64,000 bases of DNA, taken from an uncultured virus (IMG/VR IMGVR_UViG_3300044612_002689). Lineage: Duplodnaviria; Heunggongvirae; Uroviricota; Caudoviricetes. The stretch lies in the IMG/VR virus record IMGVR_UViG_3300044612_002689; one strand, 5' to 3'. Positions 30,459 to 39,469 of the stretch are shown one piece after another; positions within the stretch are counted from its first letter, which is position 1, and each line of letters opens with the position of its first letter. The notes under the pieces are model-generated. The model was not told the origin of the DNA. It did not search any database and worked only from the letters and a program-made list of their open reading frames with translations. Position numbers and translations under genes: made by a program.

Positions 30459-32834
30459 ATGGATTTGTTTAATCCAGTCAAATTATACAATTATAAAATT
30501 ATGATAAAAGATCTAGACTTTTCAAAATTTGAAAATCCAACAATACAAGTGATTTGGGAGGATTTTGCAGACAATTTTACACAAGATAAATTAAAAAGTG
30601 TAAAAAGTTATTTTCAAAAAAAATATAACACAACAAACGTCAATGTTCTAACCAAAACCAAACTTGTTAATGAAGAGACAACTACGACAATAGATGTTTC
30701 GATGAATATTACCGACCCAATCTATCAACTGGACCTACTCAGACAATACGTTACATCGAAAGAAATGGAGGATAAGATTGACGATGTATTGAACATAAAT
30801 CAAATTGTTGAAAATAGACTTCAAGAAAAGGATGTTGAAGTTACACAATTTAAAAAATGGTTTATCAGAAACATAGAGTTTTCAAATTTTTTATCATATG
30901 GTGAAAATCAAAGACTTGATTTCGATCAAATGAATGGAATAGTTGTTATAGAGTCAAATCCCGCAAACTTTGGTGGTAAGACAGTTTTGAGCGTTGACCT
31001 ATTATTATTTTTGTTTTTTAATGAAACATCCAAAACCACTAAGTCGGAAGAAATATTTAATCGATTTACAAGTAAAGATAAAGTTACTGTTAAAGGTGAA
31101 ATTACAATTGATGGTGAGGACTATATCCTTATTAGAACAATAGAGAGAAAGTTATCTAGAAAAGGTGATTGGAATGTAAAAACCGAACTTGATTTCTTCA
31201 AGAAGTTGTCTGACGGATCAATTATCAACTTCACTGGAGAACAAAGAAGAGAAACTGAAACTTTTATCAAAAACTCGATAGGAACCAAAGAAGATTTTTT
31301 GATGACAATATTGACCACGGCATCAAATCTTGAAGAGTTGCTTGAGGCTAAACCTACTGCTCGAGGACAAGTCTTATCTAGATTTATGGGATTAGAATTT
31401 TTAAAAAATAAAGAAGAAGTTGCTAAAGAACTATATTCTGAATTTAGTAAGTCTAAAATTTCCAATATATATAATACCATCCAGTTAAGGGATGAAAACG
31501 AAGAATATGAACTCACACAAGTTTCCTTACAAAATCAGAAACAAAAAGTACTTGTCGAAATTGATGATTTAAATCAAAAAGTAAAAAAAGGTAAAGAATA
31601 CCGTGATGATATTATTAAAAAGAAACATTCAGACATTGATCAAGAAATTAGTAGATTAAACCCAACTAATACCCAAGAGGAAATCAACACGATTGATCTT
31701 GAAAAAAAAGGTTACATTTCTAAAATCAATGAACTTAAAGTTGTTGAACCAAGTGAGTTTTATCATGAGGACAAACATGATGAGGTCAAAGAACAATATA
31801 ATAATGTTTACAAAGAAATTGTCCAGATTGATACTGAGATTACATCAATTAACAAATTAAAGTCTGAAGTTGAGGGTGGGATTAAATGTGAGCACTGTGG
31901 TATTGAGTTGATGAATGCAGCAATCACAAATGCTAAAATTGCAGAGTTAGATGGACTTATCGTGCAAAAAACCACAAAAACAACACTTATGCAGGATTTA
32001 TCCCGCAAAGAACAAAGTTTTGTTCAGTTAAAAAAAGAGTTTGACGAATATGAAAAGAATAAGTTGGTAAAAGAAAAGTATGAAGTATCAATTGAAAGTT
32101 GTGATTTAAAAGTTGAATCACTTAAAAACAAGTTGAGAAATTACGAAAAAATGCAAGACAAAATTAAAGATAACCAAAACATAGATTCTCTACTAATAAG
32201 GGCGGATCTTAGAATTGAGGAATTAGAAAACTTACTTAAACAACAAAACTCTTCGATTACAAAAATAGATTTTGAATTGAAGTCGATAGATGAAAAAATT
32301 CAGACAAACATTAAGTACTTGAAAAGAATCGAAGAGGAAGAAAGTAGAGATAAAATTTTCAAATTGTATTTGGAAGCATTTGGTAAAAACGGAATTTCTA
32401 AAATTATTATGAAAACTATGATGCCATTGATTAATTCAGAACTTCAAAGATTAATGCAAGATAGTAGTTATTTTAGACTAGATATAAGAATCAATGAAAA
32501 AAATGAAGTTGAGTTTTTAATGATTGATAACTCTACCGGAGTTGAAAAATTGATGGTTTCTGGGTCTGGATATGAAAAAACAATAGCATCACTTGGTTTG
32601 AGATGTGTTCTAAGTAAAATCTGTTCATTGCCTAAACCTAACGTGGTAGTTTTTGATGAGGTCTTTGGTAAAATATCAAATGATAATCTTGATCTTGTTT
32701 ATGATTTTTTCGTAAAGACTAAAGATTATTTCGAAAAAATTTTTTTAATAACACATAATCCATTAATTTCGCAATGGTCTGATTACACAATAAAAATTGA
32801 AAAAGAAAATAACATATCTAAACTAATAAATTAA
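30459..32834 (+). CDS. SbcC/Rad50-like ATPase (gp46-like) with N-terminal extension
   Basis: NFLSYG, Walker A NFGGKT, coiled coil with CEHC zinc hook, SGSGYE signature, VVFDE Walker B, LITH. Alternative start at 30501. Confidence 0.88.
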   Translation: MDLFNPVKLYNYKIMIKDLDFSKFENPTIQVIWEDFADNFTQDKLKSVKSYFQKKYNTTNVNVLTKTKLVNEETTTTIDVSMNITDPIYQLDLLRQYVTSKEMEDKIDDVLNINQIVENRLQEKDVEVTQFKKWFIRNIEFSNFLSYGENQRLDFDQMNGIVVIESNPANFGGKTVLSVDLLLFLFFNETSKTTKSEEIFNRFTSKDKVTVKGEITIDGEDYILIRTIERKLSRKGDWNVKTELDFFKKLSDGSIINFTGEQRRETETFIKNSIGTKEDFLMTILTTASNLEELLEAKPTARGQVLSRFMGLEFLKNKEEVAKELYSEFSKSKISNIYNTIQLRDENEEYELTQVSLQNQKQKVLVEIDDLNQKVKKGKEYRDDIIKKKHSDIDQEISRLNPTNTQEEINTIDLEKKGYISKINELKVVEPSEFYHEDKHDEVKEQYNNVYKEIVQIDTEITSINKLKSEVEGGIKCEHCGIELMNAAITNAKIAELDGLIVQKTTKTTLMQDLSRKEQSFVQLKKEFDEYEKNKLVKEKYEVSIESCDLKVESLKNKLRNYEKMQDKIKDNQNIDSLLIRADLRIEELENLLKQQNSSITKIDFELKSIDEKIQTNIKYLKRIEEEESRDKIFKLYLEAFGKNGISKIIMKTMMPLINSELQRLMQDSSYFRLDIRINEKNEVEFLMIDNSTGVEKLMVSGSGYEKTIASLGLRCVLSKICSLPKPNVVVFDEVFGKISNDNLDLVYDFFVKTKDYFEKIFLITHNPLISQWSDYTIKIEKENNISKLIN

Positions 32835-32838
32835 AATT

Positions 32839-33357
32839 ATGAATTATCTATTATTTGTTTTCCAGAAGGGATCCTTACTTATGCAAGAACACATCTCAAC
32901 TCAAATCACACACTATGTTAGTTTAATTTCAGAAGATGAAGAGACAAGATATATTTGCGGGGAAGGAAATTTTATTATTTCATTCAAGTCTAGTTTGACA
33001 AAACCCCAATTAATAAGTTCTTTTTCAGAAATGTCTGAAGGTTTAGGTCAGATGTTTGATTACGTTTTAATTTCCAAACCTAAAACTTTCATTACAAATA
33101 TTGAACAGGAAAATATTGATTTTTTATTTAAAAACAAAATCAAACGACCCCTTAAAAATACTTCTAATAGCATAGAAAATGAAATCAAAAGTCTTAAAAA
33201 TCTATTCGGGGATTTTTCCATGAATGAAAAAAAGTGTGACTTAACTCTTGATCAGTTGTTAGATAAAATTAGTCTTGGGGGAGGAATCAAATCATTAACA
33301 AATCTAGAACTAAACCGACTTAAAGAACTATCAAACAACTTAAACAATGAAGGATAA
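32839..33357 (+). CDS. Hypothetical protein with C-terminal DUF6576-like helix
   Basis: LDQLLDKISLGGGIKSLTNLE resembles the ILDKIxxxGxxSLTxxE motif. Confidence 0.5.
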   Translation: MNYLLFVFQKGSLLMQEHISTQITHYVSLISEDEETRYICGEGNFIISFKSSLTKPQLISSFSEMSEGLGQMFDYVLISKPKTFITNIEQENIDFLFKNKIKRPLKNTSNSIENEIKSLKNLFGDFSMNEKKCDLTLDQLLDKISLGGGIKSLTNLELNRLKELSNNLNNEG

Positions 33358-34147
33358 AAACGTTACATCACATATTAATCAAGAAGAAATTCAATACTAT
33401 CTTAAAGATATTAGAAAAATTAAGGTTATGACTCCTCAAAGGGAGAAAGAACTAGCAGTTTTAATGAAGTCTGATCAATTATCGGAATCTGAAAAAAAGA
33501 ATATTGAAAAAGAACTCCTAATCGGTAATTTACGATTTGTTATCTCTGTCGCTAAACAATATCAAAATCAAGGGTTAGATTTACCTGATTTAATTGCTGA
33601 AGGTAATTTAGGGTTAATGAAGGCGATTAAAAACTTTGATTGGAACAAAGATCTACGATTTATTTCCTACGCTGTATGGTGGGTAAAACAAACAATTTTA
33701 CAATCTTTACATGAAAATTCTAGAACAATTAGACTTCCAGTAAATGTTGTTCAAGATCTAATTAAAGCAAAAAAACAACTGGAATTAACTGGTAAAGATT
33801 TGAGTGATAAACTTAAAACCTTACCTTCAGTAATTGATCTCCAGACACCTATCAGTGATGAGGGAGATACTCTTCTAGATGTAATTCCAAACAAAGATGT
33901 AGAATCACCGGATAGTTTTTTTGATACCAAAGATATTCTTAAAGAAAAATTACTTAATCTTCTCAATGTTCTAGATGAAAGAGAAAGATTAATTGTTGGT
34001 GACTATTTTGGAATTACAGGTAATGTCCGTACACTTGAAGAAATAGGTTTGGATTTTGATCTTACCAAAGAAAGAATCCGACAAATTAAAGACAAAGCAC
34101 TTAGAAAATTGAGAAATGAATCTAGTGACTTGTTTGACTACTTTTAA
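33347..34147 (+). CDS. RNA polymerase sigma-70 family factor (Bacteroidota RpoD-like, no region 1.1)
   Basis: NLRFVISVAKQY, DLIAEGNLGL, RFISYAVWW, RTIRLP and TLEEIG...TKERIRQI motifs. Confidence 0.92.
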   Translation: MKDKNVTSHINQEEIQYYLKDIRKIKVMTPQREKELAVLMKSDQLSESEKKNIEKELLIGNLRFVISVAKQYQNQGLDLPDLIAEGNLGLMKAIKNFDWNKDLRFISYAVWWVKQTILQSLHENSRTIRLPVNVVQDLIKAKKQLELTGKDLSDKLKTLPSVIDLQTPISDEGDTLLDVIPNKDVESPDSFFDTKDILKEKLLNLLNVLDERERLIVGDYFGITGNVRTLEEIGLDFDLTKERIRQIKDKALRKLRNESSDLFDYF

Positions 34148-34162
34148 TTTTTTTTAAAAAAG

Positions 34163-34193
34163 TTTGGCAATTAAAAAAAAAGGTTTACCTTTG
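34163..34193 (+). promoter_or_regulatory. Bacteroidota-type -33/-7 promoter
   Basis: TTTG-N19-TACCTTTG. Confidence 0.75.
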
Positions 34194-34223
34194 TACTCAA
34201 GTTCAAACTAATTATTGAAAACT

Positions 34224-34457
34224 ATGGAATATTTAAAAAGAAAAGTGGAAGTTAATTTTAAGGTACTTAAAATTGGAATTAATAATAACGAATTGTCTGT
34301 TACTGAAATTGATCTAATGACTTGTGAATTAATTACTTTTTTGGCAATTCTAACTAACAAAGGAGAAACTAGAATCAACGAAAAAGAATCGGTTGATAAA
34401 TATAAGGAACGAGTTTGGAACATTGTTGAAAACAGTGGTCTTCTTCCGGAACTTTAA
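34224..34457 (+). CDS. Hypothetical early protein
   Basis: Downstream of a host-type promoter; likely ATG 34224. Confidence 0.6.
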   Translation: MEYLKRKVEVNFKVLKIGINNNELSVTEIDLMTCELITFLAILTNKGETRINEKESVDKYKERVWNIVENSGLLPEL

Positions 34458-34460
34458 AAA

Positions 34461-34556
34461 GCGGGTTGAACCGAGACTACCCTTACAACTCGGCGGAATG
34501 AGACACGAGGTTCTCTGGGTGAAATTCCCCAATTTTGTCTATATGGTAAAATGAAA
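34461..34556 (+). ncRNA. Candidate structured RNA (possible pseudoknot plus T-loop hairpin)
   Basis: GC-rich intergenic island; GGGT/ACCC and CCGAG/CTCGG crossing stems; GGGTGAAATTCCC hairpin. Confidence 0.4.
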
Positions 34557-34560
34557 CACT

Positions 34561-34590
34561 AACCCTCACTGATATCGGTGGGGGTTTTTT
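34561..34590 (+). terminator. Intrinsic terminator
   Basis: AACCCTCACTG-ATAT-CGGTGGGGGTT stem followed by a T-run. Confidence 0.75.
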
Positions 34591-35041
34591 AATCAACGTT
34601 GATTACTAATTGATCCTTACCCGTTCTAAATGGGTTATCCAAAGATTCACGAAATACCGTTGTGACTTTAAGTATCCAATGAGTGCCTCCCTGAAACAAA
34701 GGTATGATTGCAACGGCAAGTTCCCAATTTAAAGATTTAACAACAAATGATTTATTTGTGTCAATTTCCTTAGTTACGATTTTTTCAGCAATCTGTCGTC
34801 TTGCTGAATTTATAAGATCTTTAATTTCCGCATTAGTTATTTCTCTTTGATTATATTCATAAGAATGTTTTCTAGTAAGTTCATACCCCTTACCTTCGAG
34901 GTCGTGCCTAGTTTTTCTCATGAACGAATGAAAACCTCTATCAATTTCCAAATTAAAAGAAACTTCGATCTGAGAAGATACTTGACCTATTATCTTTTCA
35001 AGTAATAAATGTTTTCTAATTGATTCTCTAAGTAGTGACAT
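34589..35041 (-). CDS. Hypothetical protein with MSLLRESIRKHLLLE N-terminus
   Basis: Start probably ATG 35041, 6 nt downstream of TATTTAT. Confidence 0.65.
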   Translation of the reverse strand: MSLLRESIRKHLLLEKIIGQVSSQIEVSFNLEIDRGFHSFMRKTRHDLEGKGYELTRKHSYEYNQREITNAEIKDLINSARRQIAEKIVTKEIDTNKSFVVKSLNWELAVAIIPLFQGGTHWILKVTTVFRESLDNPFRTGKDQLVINVD

Positions 35042-35047
35042 ATTCAA

Positions 35048-35071
35048 ATAAATATTTATAATTGTATTTAT
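35048..35071. promoter_or_regulatory. Divergent TATTTAT motifs (palindrome ATAAATATTTAT plus a second + strand copy)
   Basis: Palindrome at 35048-35059; TATTTAT at 35065-35071. Confidence 0.55.
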
Positions 35072-35090
35072 GAAATGTAAATCTTAAAAT

Positions 35091-36110
35091 ATGAAAGAAA
35101 ATTATTTACCCTGGTTTTTATTATTTTGTGCAATGGGATTATCCGTCACCGCTGCGTACTACAGTGTTGTTGGGTTGTCTTTGATTTTTGCTGCAGTGGC
35201 AACCCCGGTCATCATAATGGGGTCGTTTTTAGAAATTTCCAAAATTGCAATTGCAACGTATCTTCATAACAAATGGAAAGACATTTATGGAATTCTGAAA
35301 ATTTATCTGACCGGAGCATTGATAGTACTATCAATAATTACATCGATAGGTATCTATGGTTTACTAACTACAGGATTTCAAAAAAATATTTCCGGGATGG
35401 AAGTCAACGTAAAAAAAGTTGAAAACATCAAAATTAAGAAAAAACAATTAGAAACCCTTAAAAACGAATACCAAAATGAAAAATCATTACTAGATAAAGA
35501 CATTACAAATCTAAGGACAGGTTTGGCGTCTAACACAACAACACAAGTAATTGACCGAAGAACTGGACAATTAATAACTAGAGAAAATCGAGGAAACAGG
35601 GTTGCATTTGAAAAACAATTAAAAACCGCTGAAGAAAATAGAGACGAACTTTCAATTAAACTTGATACATTAAATAATCAAATAACTAGATGTGATTTAG
35701 AGGTTCTGAACATAAGTTCTTTAGAAATTCAATCAGGAGAACTAGGGGCAATTAAATATTTGAGTGAGATTACTGGTTGGGATATTAAAAAAACAGCAAA
35801 CTTTTTTATTTTAATTTTAATTTTTGTTTTTGATCCATTAGCAATTGCTCTTGTAATTGCAACAAATCAGGCATTTGAATCTCGCAAAACAAATAAAAAT
35901 GAAGATCTTGAGATAAGTTCAAAATTTGAAAATGATAATGAAACTCCTAACCAAGATGAAACCAATGATTATATAAAAGAATCCAATAATAATCCATCTC
36001 CACCGGTCGAAATTATTGATTATGATGATTTAATTGACAGCGAAGATATCGAAGTGACACAAGAAACTCCAAAACCTAAGACATTGAGATATTTTAAATA
36101 TGAACCTTGA
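35091..36110 (+). CDS. Membrane protein with 3 N-terminal TMs, long coiled coil and C-terminal TM
   Basis: Hydropathy pattern; FVFDPLAIAL. Confidence 0.65.
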   Translation: MKENYLPWFLLFCAMGLSVTAAYYSVVGLSLIFAAVATPVIIMGSFLEISKIAIATYLHNKWKDIYGILKIYLTGALIVLSIITSIGIYGLLTTGFQKNISGMEVNVKKVENIKIKKKQLETLKNEYQNEKSLLDKDITNLRTGLASNTTTQVIDRRTGQLITRENRGNRVAFEKQLKTAEENRDELSIKLDTLNNQITRCDLEVLNISSLEIQSGELGAIKYLSEITGWDIKKTANFFILILIFVFDPLAIALVIATNQAFESRKTNKNEDLEISSKFENDNETPNQDETNDYIKESNNNPSPPVEIIDYDDLIDSEDIEVTQETPKPKTLRYFKYEP

Positions 36111-36693
36111 TATAAAAAATTACGGAGAGTTTTCTTTTGATCAAAATGATGAAAAAAGTCAGATAATTTTGGTGCACACAAAAAGAAATCTATTACCCTA
36201 TCTGCAAGGACTCAAGTATAGATTTAATAAAAAAAATAAACGAGTTCCCCACTTCATCATCACAAAGAAAGGTGAAATTTTACAATTATTAAAAATTAAT
36301 GACACCTCTCAATATTTTAATAATCAAAAAGTGGATAAACAATCAATTATAGTTTCATTTGAAAATCTTGGGTGGTTAGAAAAGGTACCTCTCAAAATGT
36401 CGTATATAAATTGGGTTGGTGATATTTATAATGGAGAGGTTTATAATAAAAAATGGAGAGATAGAGTTTTTTGGGACTTATATACTGAAACACAAATACA
36501 TAATTCCGTTTGTTTATGTAAATTTCTTATTAAAAAATTAAATATAGAAAAACAAGTCATAGGACATAATACCAAAATAGAACACCCGGATAAATTCTAT
36601 GGGATTTTAACTAGAAGTAATTATGAGGAGACCTCAACAGATCTATCACCTCATTTTAACTTCGAAGAATTTGAAAAAAAAATAAAAAAATGA
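36100..36693 (+). CDS. N-acetylmuramoyl-L-alanine amidase-like protein (Amidase_2 fold), endolysin candidate
   Basis: IILVHT, PHFIITKKGEILQ, SIIVSFEN, YTETQI, VIGHN and TDLSP motifs. Confidence 0.65.
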   Translation: MNLDIKNYGEFSFDQNDEKSQIILVHTKRNLLPYLQGLKYRFNKKNKRVPHFIITKKGEILQLLKINDTSQYFNNQKVDKQSIIVSFENLGWLEKVPLKMSYINWVGDIYNGEVYNKKWRDRVFWDLYTETQIHNSVCLCKFLIKKLNIEKQVIGHNTKIEHPDKFYGILTRSNYEETSTDLSPHFNFEEFEKKIKK

Positions 36694-37322
36694 GTAGGTA
36701 CGAAGAAATCAAAAAGTTACTTGAAAATTCAAGAACTATGTTAAATAAAGATATTTTAAAAGAGGATTATAATACCATTAGAAGTTTCTATGGTCTTCTA
36801 AAAGAAGAAAACGAAGAAAGTGTTATTGATGATGATCGTTTGGATCAAAAAATTGATCCACTTAAAAGTATTGAAAGTAAAATTGAATATGAAACTGCGG
36901 ATGATGAAAATGATGATGAAGAAAAACAACTAAGGGCCGATAAATCAAAAACTTTTAGGATTTCTGGAGGTTTGATGACTATTCATGGGAAAACAAATGA
37001 TGAAATACAACTTACGACGGATGAGAAGGCCGCTTTTCAAGAAAGTAGAAATGAGTTTCAGGAAGAAGTTGCTGACATTGTCGATTTCAATAAATTAAAC
37101 CTTTATACTAATAACGTTGAGTGGTCAGGTAAAATTACGGAGTTAGACATAGAATTTTTCTTTTCTATTGGGGAAACAAATGGCGTTTACATCAATGGAA
37201 CAATGTCCAAAGTTGATGATGACTTTTTAGAAATGTTAAATAAATTAAAAGTTTATTATGACAAATTTAAATCTAAATGGGGTAAAATTTTGTCAACGAG
37301 AAAAAAAACTATGGACCAATGA
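36690..37322 (+). CDS. Hypothetical protein, possibly head-associated
   Basis: N-terminal YEEIKKLLE...ILKE...LLKEE. Confidence 0.55.
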   Translation: MSRYEEIKKLLENSRTMLNKDILKEDYNTIRSFYGLLKEENEESVIDDDRLDQKIDPLKSIESKIEYETADDENDDEEKQLRADKSKTFRISGGLMTIHGKTNDEIQLTTDEKAAFQESRNEFQEEVADIVDFNKLNLYTNNVEWSGKITELDIEFFFSIGETNGVYINGTMSKVDDDFLEMLNKLKVYYDKFKSKWGKILSTRKKTMDQ

Positions 37323-37672
37323 AAACTTTTTTTCTAAAAAACTGGCAAATAATCACAATTATAATATTATCAATTATTCTGACTATATTACTTGTAAAAA
37401 TTTTTTCACCATCAAATAATAGATCAGAGTTGAATCAGTATAAATTAGATCAACTTAACCAAAAAATGGATCAAATAAAACTTATACAAAAAAACCTGAA
37501 TGATTCTATCAATTTGTATAATAGTAAAATTTCTTTAATAGATAAAAAAATTGAAAACATTAAAATAGAAAAAAAAGAAATAAATAATTATTACACAATT
37601 AAACAGGAGGAAATAATTAAAGCGAATCCAAAACAAATTGATAGTATTTTTAAAAAAAGATATAATTTTTGA
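37319..37672 (+). CDS. N-terminal TM plus coiled-coil protein (i-spanin-like)
   Basis: Single TM followed by heptad repeats; near the amidase. Confidence 0.5.
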   Translation: MKTFFLKNWQIITIIILSIILTILLVKIFSPSNNRSELNQYKLDQLNQKMDQIKLIQKNLNDSINLYNSKISLIDKKIENIKIEKKEINNYYTIKQEEIIKANPKQIDSIFKKRYNF

Positions 37673-37681
37673 TTAAAAAAA

Positions 37682-38731
37682 ATGAAAAACATAGTTAATG
37701 AGGAATTAAATTACATGAAATATCTTTTTGATTATCAAAGAGGTAAGGTAATTTCGGAACAGACAACAAACAAAGTTTTAGAAAAAGATGGTTGTGAAAA
37801 AGGGTTTTATAGAGATTGTACCACTAAAACATGTGTAAAAACACCTAAAGCGTCAGTGATTGTTTATTCTCAAGAAGAATTTGAAAAAGAACAAAAAATT
37901 TATCAGATCTCAAAAGAACATAACCGAAAGGGTCTTCATTATGCGAAGGTTGATAATGAATGGGCTAAAAAAAGTGGGTGGACTCCCGCTAATTTTCCGG
38001 CACCATGCGGAACACAAGATTTTTTAGAGGTTGGACTCCCAAGTGGAAAAGAAAAAGTTGTACAGGGCACTCCGAGATTATATAATGGAGTATATTATAA
38101 AAATTTTGATATCATAAATCAAAACCCATCAGCATGTGGGAATGGTATAAAACTTTCTTCTTATAAAAACGACTTGAAAAAAAAAGGTTTGAGATTGAGT
38201 GGAATGTGTATATGGATTTGTGAAGGGTCTTACTATCCACTTCTAAAAATAACTAAACCAATTCTTGCTTGTCTTGAAACTCCAGTAACAGAATTTTCTT
38301 CCGTAACAACCACCACAACTCCAATACCCTCACCCACACCAACACCAACACCAAAACCTCAACCGGTCGTTTCCACAATACCTGAACCGACAAATACAAT
38401 TGAATATCCGGAGTACAATCCACCATTGGTCAAAAAATCATTTGGATATGACCCAAAAGGAAAAATTTTAAATCCATTTGATAATAAAAACCATTATGGA
38501 GGATTTTATCCCAAGTACACAAAAAAAATGAGAGAAATCGAAAAATATTATTATGGGTATGATGACCAAAACGGAAATCACATTGATGGGGAAATAGAAA
38601 AGGCAAAAAAACAGAATAGAAGGATTAATTTTCTAAAACCATTTTCCAACGACGATACCTTATCTCAAAAAACGTATAATGATGAATTTGATGAGTATCT
38701 TAAAAAAAGAAATCAAGCGTCAATCAAATAA
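37682..38731 (+). CDS. Hypothetical protein with EELNYMKYLFDY N-terminal motif and T/PT linker
   Basis: Cys-containing domain plus TTTTTPIPSPTPTPTPKP. Confidence 0.6.
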   Translation: MKNIVNEELNYMKYLFDYQRGKVISEQTTNKVLEKDGCEKGFYRDCTTKTCVKTPKASVIVYSQEEFEKEQKIYQISKEHNRKGLHYAKVDNEWAKKSGWTPANFPAPCGTQDFLEVGLPSGKEKVVQGTPRLYNGVYYKNFDIINQNPSACGNGIKLSSYKNDLKKKGLRLSGMCIWICEGSYYPLLKITKPILACLETPVTEFSSVTTTTTPIPSPTPTPTPKPQPVVSTIPEPTNTIEYPEYNPPLVKKSFGYDPKGKILNPFDNKNHYGGFYPKYTKKMREIEKYYYGYDDQNGNHIDGEIEKAKKQNRRINFLKPFSNDDTLSQKTYNDEFDEYLKKRNQASIK

Positions 38732-38789
38732 TTATTTTATACCATTAGAAAGTGTTTTATGAAAAACTCAAATTTTATTGATTAATTGA

Positions 38790-38796
38790 TATTTAT
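38790..38796 (+). promoter_or_regulatory. TATTTAT putative late promoter motif
   Basis: 5 nt upstream of ATG 38802. Confidence 0.55.
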
Positions 38797-38801
38797 TATT
38801 A

Positions 38802-39224
38802 ATGAAAACCTTTTTTATAATAAATATTTTTTTACTTTTTGTATTCCCATCGTTTTCGCAAACATCAAATAATACAAAAAAAGACACTACAGAATTTTGT
38901 ATACCTTATAGTGTAGCACAAAAAATTCTTTTGGATTTAAATGATTATGATAGAATCAAAGAGTTGGATAAATTGAATAAAAAAGAAATTATTGAACTTA
39001 ACAATAAAATATCGGTTTTACAAAATGTGAATAAGTCATTGAACAATTTAGATTCTTTGAATAAAGAACTTATAATTTTAGGTGATGAAAAATTTAAAAT
39101 CGTTGAGGAAGAAAACAATGATCTTAAAAAAGAAGTCAAAAAAATGAAACTAAGAAATACGGTATATAATATAGTTTCTGCAATTATAATAGTACCATTA
39201 ACTTATATTACATTGATTAAATAA
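38802..39224 (+). CDS. Signal peptide plus coiled coil plus C-terminal TM protein (spanin-like)
   Basis: MKTFFIINIFLLFVFPSFSQ signal peptide; heptads; C-terminal hydrophobic helix. Confidence 0.5.
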   Translation: MKTFFIINIFLLFVFPSFSQTSNNTKKDTTEFCIPYSVAQKILLDLNDYDRIKELDKLNKKEIIELNNKISVLQNVNKSLNNLDSLNKELIILGDEKFKIVEEENNDLKKEVKKMKLRNTVYNIVSAIIIVPLTYITLIK

Positions 39225-39469
39225 TGGCACTATCACAGGGCGAAAAAAAAGAAATTGAAGTTTTAATTAGAAAAGAAATCAAAGATTTTTTATCATCTAA
39301 CACTGTCAAACAATTTGAGGATAAATTAATAGATAGAGTATCCAAAGAACTACATAGAGGGAAATTAGAAAAAGATATAAAGGATTTAATTATAAAATCC
39401 TTCAGGGAGTTTTACACCATAATGTACCAACAAAGAAGTTTTTGGGAAAACAAATTCAGAAGTTCATGA
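39224..39469 (+). CDS. Hypothetical helical protein, 81 aa
   Basis: Coupled ORF. Confidence 0.6.
   Translation: MALSQGEKKEIEVLIRKEIKDFLSSNTVKQFEDKLIDRVSKELHRGKLEKDIKDLIIKSFREFYTIMYQQRSFWENKFRSS

Noticed and set aside
29236..32008. Minus-strand F/S/I-rich ORFs (29236, 31121, 31808) and similar short nested ORFs elsewhere
   Set aside because: Antisense shadows of K/E-rich genes, fully nested in better-supported CDSs.
34453..34493. -1 frameshift (TTTAAAA plus pseudoknot)
   Set aside because: The heptamer is out of phase with the upstream ORF (codons CTT TAA) and the spacer is too short.
34517..34529. FMN riboswitch suggested by GGGTGAAATTCCC
   Set aside because: The other RFN elements (AGGGC, ACCGG, second GGTG..ATTCC, AGTCYGGATG) are absent and the site is a 3' intergenic region.
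34550..34580. Hammerhead ribozyme (GAAAC ... CTGATA)
   Set aside because: CUGAnGA core not matched; the sequence is explained by the terminator stem.
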